Assembly (NCBI GenBank): GCA_039931165.1
Contig: JBDTSL010000002.1
Span: 7,134 to 71,133 of the forward strand
DNA from: Candidatus Doudnabacteria bacterium
GTDB taxonomy: Bacteria > Patescibacteriota > Doudnabacteria > UBA920 > O2-02-FULL-48-8
Direction: 5' to 3'
Length of the DNA: 64,000 nucleotides
Numbering within the stretch: position 1 is the stretch's first letter; every line of letters starts with the position of its first letter. Both the position numbers and the translations under genes were made by a program. Under the pieces are notes generated by a model, which saw only the letters and a program-made list of their open reading frames with translations, did no database searches and had not been told where the DNA came from. Shown piece by piece: positions 1-10,062 of the stretch.

Positions 1-187
1 CACCGATCAACCCGCGCTTAACTCCATCCGGTTTGACCATGACAAATGTCAATTCTTCTTTTGGGTGAGCTTTGGCCATGTTTACCCCCTCACTAAATGC
101 CCAAACGATAAAATTGTTTGCGGCATATTAATTTTTTTTGATCTTATCATATTTCCTAGTTTATCCGCCACAATTTGGTGTGGGGGT

Positions 188-898
188 TTATTGTATCGTG
201 ATCTTATTGATAATCACCGGCTGTAAAGGCACTGACTGCTCGCCGCTGGCAGGATTTACGTCTGTAGGCACGGCCCCGATCTTGGTCACGACATCCATAC
301 CGGAAGTAACATAGCCAAAAACGGTATATTGGCCATCCAAACTTGTCTGAGGCGCTAAAGTCACGTAGAACTGGCTGCCGGAAGAATCTTTGGTCGGATT
401 GACCGCATCGCCGGTTCTCGCCATGGCGATAGCGCCAAGGGTATGTTTGAGCCCGATTTCCGCCGGAATGGTGTAACCGGGGCCGCCTGTGCCGTCGCCT
501 TTCGGATCGCCGCCCTGGATCATGAATCCCTCTACAATGCGGTGGAACTTCAGCCCGTTATAAAATCCGTTTTTTGCGAGTTTAATAAAATTAGCAACCG
601 TCTGAGGCGCTGCTTTGCCGTTCAGGGTCACCTGGAAACTGCCCATGTTAGTGTCAACACTCGCGATCGCTGAGACCGGCACTGCCGCAATTTCTGCTGC
701 GGTGGGCGGGGTTAGAGTAGTCGTGTTGGCGGCTGGAGGCGGGGTTTGTTTGGGAACTGGTGCCGGAGTTTGTATCTGATCATTGGTCGGGGCTTGGGCT
801 TTGTTTGCCCGGAAGTAAAAATATCCTCCGACCAAAATTACCATGACAACGACCACAAGAATTATCATTAACGTTTTATTGTTCATATTTTTAATCAA
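188..898 (-). CDS. Cyclophilin-type peptidyl-prolyl cis-trans isomerase with N-terminal TM anchor and Pro/Thr-rich linker
   Basis: Cyclophilin motifs ([26 protein letters not shown]) in the 236-aa ORF; hydrophobic N-terminus. Confidence 0.85.
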   Translation of the reverse strand: MIKNMNNKTLMIILVVVVMVILVGGYFYFRANKAQAPTNDQIQTPAPVPKQTPPPAANTTTLTPPTAAEIAAVPVSAIASVDTNMGSFQVTLNGKAAPQTVANFIKLAKNGFYNGLKFHRIVEGFMIQGGDPKGDGTGGPGYTIPAEIGLKHTLGAIAMARTGDAVNPTKDSSGSQFYVTLAPQTSLDGQYTVFGYVTSGMDVVTKIGAVPTDVNPASGEQSVPLQPVIINKITIQ

Positions 899-934
899 TT
901 AATTTTCTTAAGTCTAGCAAAAATTTAACTTTTT

Positions 935-1094
935 GTAAACCCCGTATATCAACATCGATAATGGTTTTTGGTTCCGCTTTTGCCTAAAAGATAAATTTAC
1001 TAGATTATTTACAAGTCATTTATAGCTTGAAATTTTACTTCTCAAAAACCATTACAGGCAAAAGCATCGATGTTGTATTACGGGGTAAACACCC
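935..1094. repeat. MITE-like imperfect inverted-repeat element, family A copy 1. Its arm overlaps the last codons and stop of comEC.
   Basis: Arms ccccgtatatcaacatcgat / atcgatgttgtattacgggg plus inner complementary blocks; second copy at 39523-39640. Confidence 0.55.
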
Positions 1095-2139
1095 GAGACC
1101 GGCGCCAGTACCAAGCTGACAAAAAGGAGCACAAAACTAAATAATAAAGCCATACAACATAAAAATCAGCGCGCCAGGAAACGGCGGCAAAAGGCAAACT
1201 CGAAAACAACCCCACTATCCTGATGATGAAACTCAAAAGAAACCAGGTCATGCCTGATACCGGAATTGTCAGCGGGACCCAGACCAGTCCCATCAGGCCG
1301 GTTATAAATCCGAACAGCATCGTGACCGGGACCAAGGGCAGAATTAAAATGTTCGGCAGAATTGCGACCAAAGATAATTGCCCGAAATTATAGAGCAGGA
1401 TCGGCAGGGTAAAAATCTGCGCGGCCAGCGTGGCCAAAAAATATTTGCGCAAGAGCTCGGGCAGCCACAAAAAATACGGCTCCATCAGAGGGCTTAAGTA
1501 AACTATGCCGAGAAGAGCTGCGAAAGATAACTGGAAACCCACGTCAAACGCCAAAATCTGCGGATTGATCAGGAGCATCAACGCTGCGGTAAATGCCAGT
1601 GAGTTTGCAGCCACGCTGACGCGGCCGGTATTAAGCGCCAACAACAGCAGTCCTCCCATGAACCCTGCTCTCACTGCCGAGGCCGACGCTCCGGTCATGA
1701 TCACGAATACAACAATGGCAAAAAGCGAAACCCAGAACGAAAATCTTTTTCGCATGCCCAGCCACTGCAGGATCCAAGCCACGGCCGCGGCAATGATCGT
1801 AATATTGTAGCCGGAGATGGCGACAATGTGCGAGGTCCCGGTCCGGTTGAACTGATCGGTCAGGACTTGAGGAATGGAATGTTTGGCTCCCAAAAGCAAG
1901 CCGCCTAAAAAAGAGCTTTGAGGCTCTGGTAAAACCTGATTGATCACGTCCACGAATTTTTCTTTGATCTTAAAGATCCGGACTTTCACCGGGTTGCCAA
2001 AATTGCCGGGAACAATGGTTATTTTTGGCTGGTAAACCACCGCGTCTATGCCGAACCTGGACAAATAATTTTTATAGGAAAAATCCGGATATTCTTTCGG
2101 AAATTTTTTCTTCGAACTTGAGCTTATCTCCGTATTCAT
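1078..2139 (-). CDS. comEC: ComEC/Rec2 competence-domain membrane protein, C-terminal part of a gene that appears frameshifted
   Basis: HIVAISGYNI competence motif and many TM helices; overlaps the upstream DUF4131-type ORF (2072-2527) in another frame. Confidence 0.6.
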   Translation of the reverse strand: MNTEISSSSKKKFPKEYPDFSYKNYLSRFGIDAVVYQPKITIVPGNFGNPVKVRIFKIKEKFVDVINQVLPEPQSSFLGGLLLGAKHSIPQVLTDQFNRTGTSHIVAISGYNITIIAAAVAWILQWLGMRKRFSFWVSLFAIVVFVIMTGASASAVRAGFMGGLLLLALNTGRVSVAANSLAFTAALMLLINPQILAFDVGFQLSFAALLGIVYLSPLMEPYFLWLPELLRKYFLATLAAQIFTLPILLYNFGQLSLVAILPNILILPLVPVTMLFGFITGLMGLVWVPLTIPVSGMTWFLLSFIIRIVGLFSSLPFAAVSWRADFYVVWLYYLVLCSFLSAWYWRRSRVFTP

Positions 2140-2527
2140 ACGGCGGATAGAGGAAGGTCGAAACCAAAATTTTTGATTTTATGGTTTTTCCGTTGACTAT
2201 TAAGCCTGACAAGGTCAGATAAGTTTTATCCGAGCGCACATCCGGCTCTTCCGTAATCACTCCCGTGACTTGGGTGTTCTGGCCGTAAAATTGGGCGATA
2301 TCATTTTGGGCAAAATCCTGTTTAAATCTTACTGCTCCTAAAAGTATAATTAGACCGGTCAGGCCGATCACTACGGCCAGCTTTTTGTGCCAGCCAATTG
2401 TCGCGACAATTATAAAAACCATGGCCAGGATGGCCATGGTTTCGTAATTTATATATTGACCCAAAAATATTCCGAATATGAAGCCCAAACAAAGGATCAA
2501 AAAAATTTTGGGCTTAGTCAGGGTCAT
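2072..2527 (-). CDS. comEC: ComEC N-terminal (DUF4131-like) fragment
   Basis: TM-rich N-terminal domain typical of ComEC; 68-nt out-of-frame overlap with 1078-2139 suggests a frameshift or sequencing error. Confidence 0.45.
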   Translation of the reverse strand: MTLTKPKIFLILCLGFIFGIFLGQYINYETMAILAMVFIIVATIGWHKKLAVVIGLTGLIILLGAVRFKQDFAQNDIAQFYGQNTQVTGVITEEPDVRSDKTYLTLSGLIVNGKTIKSKILVSTFLYPPYEYGDKLKFEEKISERISGFFL

Positions 2528-2539
2528 GCAGAAGAAAGA

Positions 2540-3778
2540 CTACCACAACATAGATTTCACTTCAGTGATCAAATCATCCAAATCCACGGTTCGCTGTTCT
2601 TTTTCCCTCAGATTCTTTAAATTGACTTTTTTCTCTTTCGCTTCTTCAGTTCCATAAATCACCGCTACCTGCATATTTTTTGCCTGCGCGTATTTGAACT
2701 GCTTATCGAGCTTGACCGTTTCGTAGAAAAATTCCGTATCAATACCAGCATTACGAAGATTCGTAGCCATGTTCAAGTAATCCGCGGCTAAATTCTTATC
2801 AAGGTTAAAAACAATAACTTCAGTCGCGGTCTGTGGCGCGACCACATCCATTTCCTCGAGGGCGGCTAATAGCCGATCAAGGCCGATGGAACCGCCAACA
2901 GCCGGAGTTTTGACCCCAGTAATATTTTCAATCAAATTATCGTATCGTCCACCACTACCCACGCTTCCAAACTCCGGTTTTTCAAGTAATGTAAATTCAA
3001 AAACGATGCCCGTGTAATAATCCAAGCCTCGCATTAAATATTTATCAAAACGCTTTTGAGTGACACCAGCGCTAGCAAGTAACTCTTCAATTTCTATCAC
3101 GTATGCTTTGCTGGATTCATCCATAAGCTTTGTGTATTCAGCCCAAATGTTTTTACCAAAGCCTTGTTCTCGCAGACTGGCAATAACTTTTTCTTCGCCG
3201 ATTTTATCAAGCTTATCCATCGTGCGCATAAACTTCACAATTTCTTCTTTGGAAAGTTTGAGTTGGGTTAAAACTTCATCCACGAGTTTGCGATCATTAT
3301 ATTTAACTTCAAATGTTCCGATTTCCAAACTTTTATAAGCCGCGATCAGGGCGGCAACTACTTCTGTATCAGCATTAATTGAACTTGATCCGATTACGTC
3401 TATATCGCACTGCATAAATTCCCGAAATCGGCCCTTCTGCGGTTTATCGGCCCGCCAAACATTTCCAATTTGGTATCGTTTAAACGGCATCGGTAAATCC
3501 CGATACTGCCCAAATACCCGGGCCAGCGGCACAGTCAAATCATATCTTAAAGCCACCTCACGGCCACCGAGATCTGTGAATTTATACATCAACTTTTCAT
3601 CTTCACCTAATTTTCCTTGGAATAATTCGTAAGGCTCTAACGCCGGCGTATCCAATGGTGAAAAGCCGAAGCGCTCGAACACTTCAGATACCTTCGAGAT
3701 AATTTTCTTTCGCGCCAGCGCGTCCTGTGGCAGATAGTCGCGAAAACCTTTTAATAACTGGGGGATTTCCATAGTCAC
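2540..3778 (-). CDS. hisS: Histidyl-tRNA synthetase
   Basis: Class II aaRS motifs including GSGGRYDNL and a C-terminal anticodon-binding domain. An ATG at 3772 is an alternative start. Confidence 0.85.
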   Translation of the reverse strand: MTMEIPQLLKGFRDYLPQDALARKKIISKVSEVFERFGFSPLDTPALEPYELFQGKLGEDEKLMYKFTDLGGREVALRYDLTVPLARVFGQYRDLPMPFKRYQIGNVWRADKPQKGRFREFMQCDIDVIGSSSINADTEVVAALIAAYKSLEIGTFEVKYNDRKLVDEVLTQLKLSKEEIVKFMRTMDKLDKIGEEKVIASLREQGFGKNIWAEYTKLMDESSKAYVIEIEELLASAGVTQKRFDKYLMRGLDYYTGIVFEFTLLEKPEFGSVGSGGRYDNLIENITGVKTPAVGGSIGLDRLLAALEEMDVVAPQTATEVIVFNLDKNLAADYLNMATNLRNAGIDTEFFYETVKLDKQFKYAQAKNMQVAVIYGTEEAKEKKVNLKNLREKEQRTVDLDDLITEVKSMLW

Positions 3779-4062
3779 TTTCAGATTATTCTCCCCTTTT
3801 AGGGGAGATGTCGCGTACTCGCGACAGAGAGGTTGAATTAAATCTGAGTTTAGTTTAGCATAAGCAAAACAATAAAAAAACAGGTTCTAACCACGATACT
3901 TGGAAAAATTTAGTCGGAATTTGAGCGAATTAGCGTTAAAAAACTTGCCTTGTCAGAATGACAACTGCAAGTTTTAGCGAATGAGCGATAAATTTCGGTA
4001 AATTTTTCCCGTGTCGCCAGCTTTTGGCGCCACCTTTTTGTCTGCACAAAAGGTGGCGAATT

Positions 4063-4281
4063 CTATTCTATCTCGATCAATTTATGCCTGCTTTTGTGTC
4101 CGGAACGAATTCTGATCTTGGACGGTGAAACGTCAAAAAAATCCGAGAGAATATCAATCAGAGCTTCGTTGGCCTGGTTGTCTGCCGGGGCGGCTGTGGT
4201 CCAAACTTTATATTCGTCCAAACCAACCTCTTCAACCCGCTCGAATGACGCCCGAGTTTGGACTTTTACTTTAATTATCAT
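4063..4281 (-). CDS. DUF167 (YggU-like) small protein
   Basis: 72-aa ORF resembling the DUF167 family. Confidence 0.5.
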   Translation of the reverse strand: MIIKVKVQTRASFERVEEVGLDEYKVWTTAAPADNQANEALIDILSDFFDVSPSKIRIRSGHKSRHKLIEIE

Positions 4282-4366
4282 GTTTTAATGTAGCGGAAGG
4301 CTTCAGCCTTCCAAGTCTGGAGGTCTAAAGACCTCCGCTACATACAGACTGGTAGATCTCAGCCGA
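4282..4366. other. Closed double-hairpin (three-way-junction-like) inverted-repeat structure in an intergenic leader
   Basis: gtagcgga[aggcttcagccttcc]aagtc[tggaggtctaaagacctcc]gctac; outer stem gtagcgg/ccgctac encloses two perfect hairpins. Confidence 0.5.
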
Positions 4367-4885
4367 CTACTCAGTCAACCGATTTACCGGCTTTAAATTA
4401 CGATTTTTTTGCCAAAAAGCTACTAACTCATAGGAACCGAATAATACTCCGACGTAAAATAAGTCGCCCAATAAAGTGCTTCTGAAAAAAGGCAAAGCAT
4501 TGATGTAAGATGCTATTTGCCCGGGCAAGGTGTGCGGATACATTTTGGTTGAATAAAAAAGTACGCAATTCGTGATCAAATAAAACAAAATCGAACCGCC
4601 AAGGCTGGCGCCGACCACCGTAAAAATATTTTTATGGTTCCGGATCATGAGTCCCAGCAAGCCGATCAGAACAAAACTGCCGTAAATAAGCAGGCGTGAC
4701 TGCAATGAATCAAACCCGATAAAAATATCGGATAAAAACATAGCGGCCAGAGGCACGATCAGCGCGTAGCGCTTGTTCAAATATACCCCGCCGAACAGGG
4801 CCACGGCGCCAATTGGCGTGAAATTCGCCGCATGTGGCATGACGCGCAGGAGAGCGCCAAATAAAATAAAAAAGTAGGCTAGCAT
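4367..4885 (-). CDS. Polytopic membrane protein, possibly an ECF-type substrate-specific (S) component; cobalamin-type is speculative
   Basis: 172 aa with about 5 TM helices; context next to DUF4430 and the cobalamin adenosyltransferase. Confidence 0.35.
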   Translation of the reverse strand: MLAYFFILFGALLRVMPHAANFTPIGAVALFGGVYLNKRYALIVPLAAMFLSDIFIGFDSLQSRLLIYGSFVLIGLLGLMIRNHKNIFTVVGASLGGSILFYLITNCVLFYSTKMYPHTLPGQIASYINALPFFRSTLLGDLFYVGVLFGSYELVAFWQKNRNLKPVNRLTE

Positions 4886-5325
4886 TATTTTGTGGTATCA
4901 ACAGCATCAATTTCCCATTTGATCATATCGGTTGATTTCGTCACGTATGCCGATGCGCCGACTTGTGAAAATTGTCCATTAACATACATGGCCCAGAAAT
5001 GTTTGCTGTCAGGAGATACGCCATCAATGCCAGACACCATATCGCCGAACGAATAATGCGTGGCTTCTACCCGATGACTCGCCTTCAGCAGTTCCAAGGC
5101 ATTTTGCCCGTCTACTCCCGGGTATTCTATGATATTCGAAGGCACCAAGGGAGCCGGATTGACTGAAGTTTGGCCGGAAGGAGAAGTGGCGTCATTCTGA
5201 ATAACATTTGCATTATCCGCGACTGGTGCCGGCAGCGGTTTTTGTTTGAACGCGTAAATAATGCCTATCGTAGCGATAATCACAACGATTACAAATAGTT
5301 CAAGTTTTCTTCCTATATTTTCCAT
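4885..5325 (-). CDS. DUF4430-domain (transcobalamin-like) membrane-anchored protein
   Basis: N-terminal TM followed by a domain resembling DUF4430. Family assignment is by eye only. Confidence 0.4.
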   Translation of the reverse strand: MENIGRKLELFVIVVIIATIGIIYAFKQKPLPAPVADNANVIQNDATSPSGQTSVNPAPLVPSNIIEYPGVDGQNALELLKASHRVEATHYSFGDMVSGIDGVSPDSKHFWAMYVNGQFSQVGASAYVTKSTDMIKWEIDAVDTTK

Positions 5326-5373
5326 AAAAAAATATTAATTATTTTCGCCTATCAATCTTAGCAAGGAATACAA

Positions 5374-5910
5374 CTAATAATCAATACCCCGTTGAGCCAG
5401 GATTCCCTTATAATAAGGATGTTTGATCATTTTCATTTCAGTCACCAGATCCGCCATGTCAATTAATTTCTTGAACTTTTTATGCCCGGTCAGGCACAGA
5501 TGAATTTCCGCGGGCTTGGATTTGATAATTTTTACTACATCTTCAATCGACAGGAGCTTTGATTCAATGGCCGAGATCGCTTCGTCCAAAATCACCAGAT
5601 TATATTTTTTGCTTTTCATAGCTTTAATACTTTCCTTCATGGCGTTCTTCGCGGCCTTGATATGCGCCGCGATCGGCTTCCTGTCACCCAGAATGCCGAC
5701 AAACCCTAGGCCCATCAATTTCACATCCACATTTTTCAGTTTCGATAAAATTTCCCGTTCACCGCTCGGCCAGTCGCCTTTCACAAACTGCAGATACAAA
5801 ACTTTCATCCCGGTGCCCGCGGCGCGCACAGCCAATCCGGCGGCGGCCGAAGTTTTGCCTTTACCGTTGCCGATATAAACTATGGTCAGGCCTTTTTTCG
5901 GTGAGTTCAT
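5374..5910 (-). CDS. cobO: Cob(I)alamin adenosyltransferase (CobA/CobO/BtuR family)
   Basis: P-loop GNGKGKTSAAAG and overall CobA-family similarity; 178 aa. Confidence 0.75.
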   Translation of the reverse strand: MNSPKKGLTIVYIGNGKGKTSAAAGLAVRAAGTGMKVLYLQFVKGDWPSGEREILSKLKNVDVKLMGLGFVGILGDRKPIAAHIKAAKNAMKESIKAMKSKKYNLVILDEAISAIESKLLSIEDVVKIIKSKPAEIHLCLTGHKKFKKLIDMADLVTEMKMIKHPYYKGILAQRGIDY

Positions 5911-5958
5911 ATTGACTTAAAACAATACCTTTGTTATTTTTTAAATGTTGAAAGGAGG

Positions 5959-6342
5959 ATGAATTTGGGAGCTGAAATCAAATCAATTTCGGATGACCTG
6001 ACAGAACTGGGAATAGTAATTCCAAAAACCTCCCATGCGCGCGTTGTGATCTGGAATTTTCTTTTGGGCCCCATGGTTCCGCCCGAAGTAAGATCCCGAC
6101 GCCTCCAAGAGTTCACGGCTTTCCAGGATTCGTATCTGGGGAAAAAAATCCGGCGGAAACTTGAACCAGATGTTGTCGGCATTGTTGACCATATCAGGCC
6201 GATCACAGGCAGCAGCTTCGGAAGGTCCGCCTCCAATCAGTCCCAGCTATTATCCGCCCATGAAGCCTACGTCAAATGGGTGGGTAAAAAAACTGGAGCG
6301 ATGCTGCGGCTAGACCAGATCGAACTTCTCCTCGACCCCTAA
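5959..6342 (+). CDS. Hypothetical protein
   Basis: Strong RBS aaaggagg 5 nt before the ATG; T-rich terminator-like run after the stop (6343-6371). Confidence 0.4.
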   Translation: MNLGAEIKSISDDLTELGIVIPKTSHARVVIWNFLLGPMVPPEVRSRRLQEFTAFQDSYLGKKIRRKLEPDVVGIVDHIRPITGSSFGRSASNQSQLLSAHEAYVKWVGKKTGAMLRLDQIELLLDP

Positions 6343-6371
6343 GGCGCTCCGGCGTCTTTTTTTATTTATTT

Positions 6372-6593
6372 TTATACTTCTTCTTTTTTGGATTCAGTTT
6401 TTGCTGCTAATTTATCTTTCAGCTTGGCAATCGCCCGGTCCAGCGCAGCTATGTCAAGAACGCTCATCCCGGGCTCCAGCTTGGCTTTTTCCAACCCCGC
6501 GATCCTGTAAGGAAGGTTTTCTGCGTTCCCATTTTTTGGGCCATCATCTTTCTTACGTGTTGTATATGCAGGCCTGTGATCTGAAGAAGTCAT
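6372..6593 (-). CDS. Hypothetical small charged protein
   Basis: 73-aa ORF with an aaggaaa RBS; sits downstream of nrdJ. Confidence 0.35.
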   Translation of the reverse strand: MTSSDHRPAYTTRKKDDGPKNGNAENLPYRIAGLEKAKLEPGMSVLDIAALDRAIAKLKDKLAAKTESKKEEV

Positions 6594-6761
6594 AAATTAT
6601 TTCCTTTTTTCCATTGAGCGAGGGCAGCCGCTTCCTTTTTCTGCTCTAGCGAGGTACAGTTGTAAAATTAGCCTTCGGAGGCCGCATCAGCGGCCGAGAA
6701 CGCAGGCTGCAAAATTCGGTAGAATTTTGACAGCCGGTAATTTTCAACTGTACCGAGCGAT

Positions 6762-9452
6762 TTAACATTTACTAAACCCGCACATCTCACACTTTGCGCA
6801 GCCTTCTGCCAAAACCATCATGTTGCCGCATTCCGGACAGCCGGGAGCCAGGCCGTGATTGGCCATGGAAATTTTCTGGCTGGTGAATTCCATGCTGCTG
6901 GTGTGAACTTCTTGCGTGACGGCCTGAAACACCGGTACCTGTTCCGTTTTCGGGATTTCCATCTTTTCCGCGACGGAAAAATCCAATTGCAATTCTTTCT
7001 GTCCGCGCTTGAGATGATTTTCCAAGACATTGGCTATAGCATCGGGCAGAGAAAGAATTTTTTCGCCGTTATGGAACATCGGGTCCGGGCCGCGGATGCC
7101 TTTCAGCTGTTCGGTCACGTCTTGCAAAGAAATTCCGGAGCGGAGCGCCAGAGAAATCATGCGGCAGATCGCTTCGGTCTGAGCGCCAAAAAATCCGCCG
7201 GCTTTGCCGAGCTGGGAGAAAACCTCAAACGGCCCGTATTCATCCTCGTTGACCGTGACATATAGATTGCCATAAGCGGTCGCTACTTTATATGTGGAAC
7301 CCTCCATGACATCCGGACGCTTGCGCGGTGAGACATGGGTCATTTGAGGCGTAGGTTGTGAAGTTGGCATAAATTGCGGGGTTAGTTGTGGTGTTAAAAC
7401 CTCGTCTTTGCGAGCCGTAGGCGAAGCAATCTCTTTTTCTAAAGCTTGGTTACTTAATAGATCTGCCGCGATTTTATTTTCCACTTGATCCGACGCGTCT
7501 TTGCCCAGTTTTTTATGATCCGTGGCCAGGATCTGTTCATCGCGGCTGCCGTCGCGGTAGATCGTGCCGCCTTTACAACCGAGGTCGTACATCAGTTCGT
7601 AAAGTTTTTTCGTCTGCTCGATCGTGTAGTCTTCCGGCGCGTTCACGGTTTTGGAAATTGCCGAATCAGTCCATCTCTGCACCGCGGCCTGGACCTGGAC
7701 GTGTTCTTCGGGAGTCAGTTCCATGGCGGTGACAAAGTAATCCGGCAGCTGCTCGCCCGGATGCGCGTCCAGCCAGTCTTTCGCCAGCTTGATATGCTCC
7801 TTGTGCACGCCTAATCTGGATTTGCGGAAATATATCCAGGAGAAGAACGGCTCAATGCCGGTGGAAGTGCCGACCATGGTGCCGATCGTGCCGGTCGGGG
7901 CTTGGGTCAGGATGGTGACGTTGCGGATGCCGTATTGCCTGACCAGGTGGCGGATATATTCCGGCATGCGCTGCATAAATCCCGATTGTAAAAATTTATC
8001 GGCTTCGAATTTCGAAAACGTCCCTTTCTCTCTTGCCAAGTCCACCGAAGTTTCGTAAGCGGTGATGGAAATAAACTGATAAAGCTTGTCGATGAACTCC
8101 ACTCCCTGAGGACTGCCGTAACGAAGGCGCAACTGGATCAGCATTTCCGCGAGCCCAATGGTGCCCATGCCGACCCTTCTCTCGCTCATCTGTTGCTGGT
8201 AATTCTCGTCGAAGAAATACGGTGTCGCGTCTATGACATTATCCTGAAACCGCACCGCATCCTGCACCGTCCGTTTCAGTTTGTTCCAGTCAACGTCGCC
8301 CGCTTGCCCATCCACGTGCTTGGCCAGATTTATGTGGCCGAGGTTGCAAACTCCCCATGCCGGCAGAGGCTGCTCGCCACAAGGGTTCGTGCACGGCAGA
8401 TCGGCGAAATAATGGGAATTAGAATAATAATTGGCCCGATCAATAAAATACATGCCCGGTTCGGCGGACGAGTGGGCGGAAGAAATGATATTGTCCCAAA
8501 TATCGCGGGCCCGGACGGTCTTGTGTTTGACCACTTTTCCGCCGATCTCGCGCCAGCGGTTGAGGTTGCCGTCCCATCGGTCGCGGTAAAGCACATCCGA
8601 GGTGTCGGGAAAAACCAGGTCCCACGGCTGGTCGTTTTTTACGGCCGTCATAAAATCATCGGTAATGCCCACGGAAATATTGGCATTGGTTATCTTGCCG
8701 GCTTCTTTTTTCGAATTGATGAAATCGATCACATCAGGATGCCAAACATTCAGGATAAGCATCAAGGCACCGCGCCGGCTTCCGCCCTGTTCGATGAGGC
8801 CGGTCACAAAACTGTAAAGCGAAGCCCAAGAGACGGAGCCGGAAGAGCGGCCATTTACACCTTTGACGTAAGCGTAACGGGGCCGAAGCGTCGAAACATT
8901 GATGCCGACACCGCCGCCGCGGGACATGATCTCAGCCATCTGGCTGAGAGTTTCAAAAATTCCGCCTCTGGAATCTTTCGGGGACGGTATTACGTAACAA
9001 TTATAATAGGTCAGATTCTGTCCCGTGCCCGCTCCGGTAAAAATCCTGCCGGCCGGCACGTATTTCCAGTCATCCATCAGGTCGCGGAACCGTCCTTGCC
9101 ATTCGGCCTGTAATTCCGGAGTGGCTTCCACCGAGGCGATGTGACGGGCGATGCGTTCGAACATTTGTTCGGGAACCGTTTCCAAAGGCTTGTCCACATG
9201 TTCAATAGCCCGCGTTTCCAAAGTGCCATCGCGGAGCTTTACCACCACTTCCCGCACATCCTGATTGATCTTCTCCACGACTCCGATCTCCCGCTGGCCG
9301 GTTTTCAGATTAACACAGACAACCACCGTATCACCCACGGCCATAGTTTCTTTTTTGGCGTCTTTAATGGCGTAGCGGTCCAGGAAAATTTTTTCTCCAA
9401 GTTCGGCCAAGGCATTGGTTTTTCGGGCTTGCAGGTTCTCTTTGGGTTGCAT
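6762..9452 (-). CDS. nrdJ: Adenosylcobalamin-dependent (class II) ribonucleotide reductase
   Basis: 896 aa; class II RNR active-site region CGEQPLPAWGVCNLGHINL; C-terminal Cys-rich zinc-ribbon tail CPECGNMMVLAEGCAKCEMCG. Confidence 0.9.
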   Translation of the reverse strand: MQPKENLQARKTNALAELGEKIFLDRYAIKDAKKETMAVGDTVVVCVNLKTGQREIGVVEKINQDVREVVVKLRDGTLETRAIEHVDKPLETVPEQMFERIARHIASVEATPELQAEWQGRFRDLMDDWKYVPAGRIFTGAGTGQNLTYYNCYVIPSPKDSRGGIFETLSQMAEIMSRGGGVGINVSTLRPRYAYVKGVNGRSSGSVSWASLYSFVTGLIEQGGSRRGALMLILNVWHPDVIDFINSKKEAGKITNANISVGITDDFMTAVKNDQPWDLVFPDTSDVLYRDRWDGNLNRWREIGGKVVKHKTVRARDIWDNIISSAHSSAEPGMYFIDRANYYSNSHYFADLPCTNPCGEQPLPAWGVCNLGHINLAKHVDGQAGDVDWNKLKRTVQDAVRFQDNVIDATPYFFDENYQQQMSERRVGMGTIGLAEMLIQLRLRYGSPQGVEFIDKLYQFISITAYETSVDLAREKGTFSKFEADKFLQSGFMQRMPEYIRHLVRQYGIRNVTILTQAPTGTIGTMVGTSTGIEPFFSWIYFRKSRLGVHKEHIKLAKDWLDAHPGEQLPDYFVTAMELTPEEHVQVQAAVQRWTDSAISKTVNAPEDYTIEQTKKLYELMYDLGCKGGTIYRDGSRDEQILATDHKKLGKDASDQVENKIAADLLSNQALEKEIASPTARKDEVLTPQLTPQFMPTSQPTPQMTHVSPRKRPDVMEGSTYKVATAYGNLYVTVNEDEYGPFEVFSQLGKAGGFFGAQTEAICRMISLALRSGISLQDVTEQLKGIRGPDPMFHNGEKILSLPDAIANVLENHLKRGQKELQLDFSVAEKMEIPKTEQVPVFQAVTQEVHTSSMEFTSQKISMANHGLAPGCPECGNMMVLAEGCAKCEMCGFSKC

Positions 9453-9493
9453 GGTTGATTCTTAGTTTAATTACTTTTAAATCGATCTTTATT

Positions 9494-9937
9494 CTAGAGC
9501 TTCTTGGCTTCCTTTACAAACTCTTCTACATCGGCAAACTTTCTGTAAACTGACGCGAATCTGATATACGCCACCTGGTCTTTGCCTTTTATCCTCTTCA
9601 TCACGATATTGCCGATATCGCGGGAAGGGATCTGGGCTTTGCCTGTTTTCTGGATATCCTGCTCGATGCCGGCGACCAGGGAGTGAAAATCATCGCGGGA
9701 CAAGGGCCTTTTCTCAAAAGCCTTGCGGATGCCCGATTCGATCTTCTCCCGCATATAGGCTTCGGTGCTGCCATCGCGCTTGATCACGGCCAGGTCCAGA
9801 ATTTCCATCTCTTCATGGGTGGAAAACCTGGTTTCGCATTTGATACACTCCCGCCGGCGCCGAATTGCCATCCCATCGGAAATGGGCCGCGAGTCTAAAA
9901 CCTTGGTATCGTCATTTGAGCAGTTGGGGCAGCGCAT
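9494..9937 (-). CDS. nrdR: Transcriptional repressor NrdR
   Basis: N-terminal zinc ribbon CPNCSNDDTKVLDSR...CIKCETRF plus ATP-cone; 147 aa. Confidence 0.9.
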   Translation of the reverse strand: MRCPNCSNDDTKVLDSRPISDGMAIRRRRECIKCETRFSTHEEMEILDLAVIKRDGSTEAYMREKIESGIRKAFEKRPLSRDDFHSLVAGIEQDIQKTGKAQIPSRDIGNIVMKRIKGKDQVAYIRFASVYRKFADVEEFVKEAKKL

Positions 9938-10062
9938 TTTTTAGGTCAAAAAAAATAAGAGAAATTGCTTAGGATAAGCCTCTCGGATTGTTATCAAAAG
10001 AAGCGAAGTTTGTGTTTTATTTAGTTTTTGTCTCCTAATAGAGCTTTATTTGTGCTCTCAAA

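Noticed and set aside
5911-6761. Cobalamin riboswitch upstream of the B12 salvage genes
   Set aside because: Looked for the conserved B12-box (GCCACTG-like) and the typical roughly 200-nt architecture in the leaders. Not found by eye, so not called.
8193-9113. 306-aa plus-strand ORF
   Set aside because: Antisense to nrdJ; no recognisable domain.
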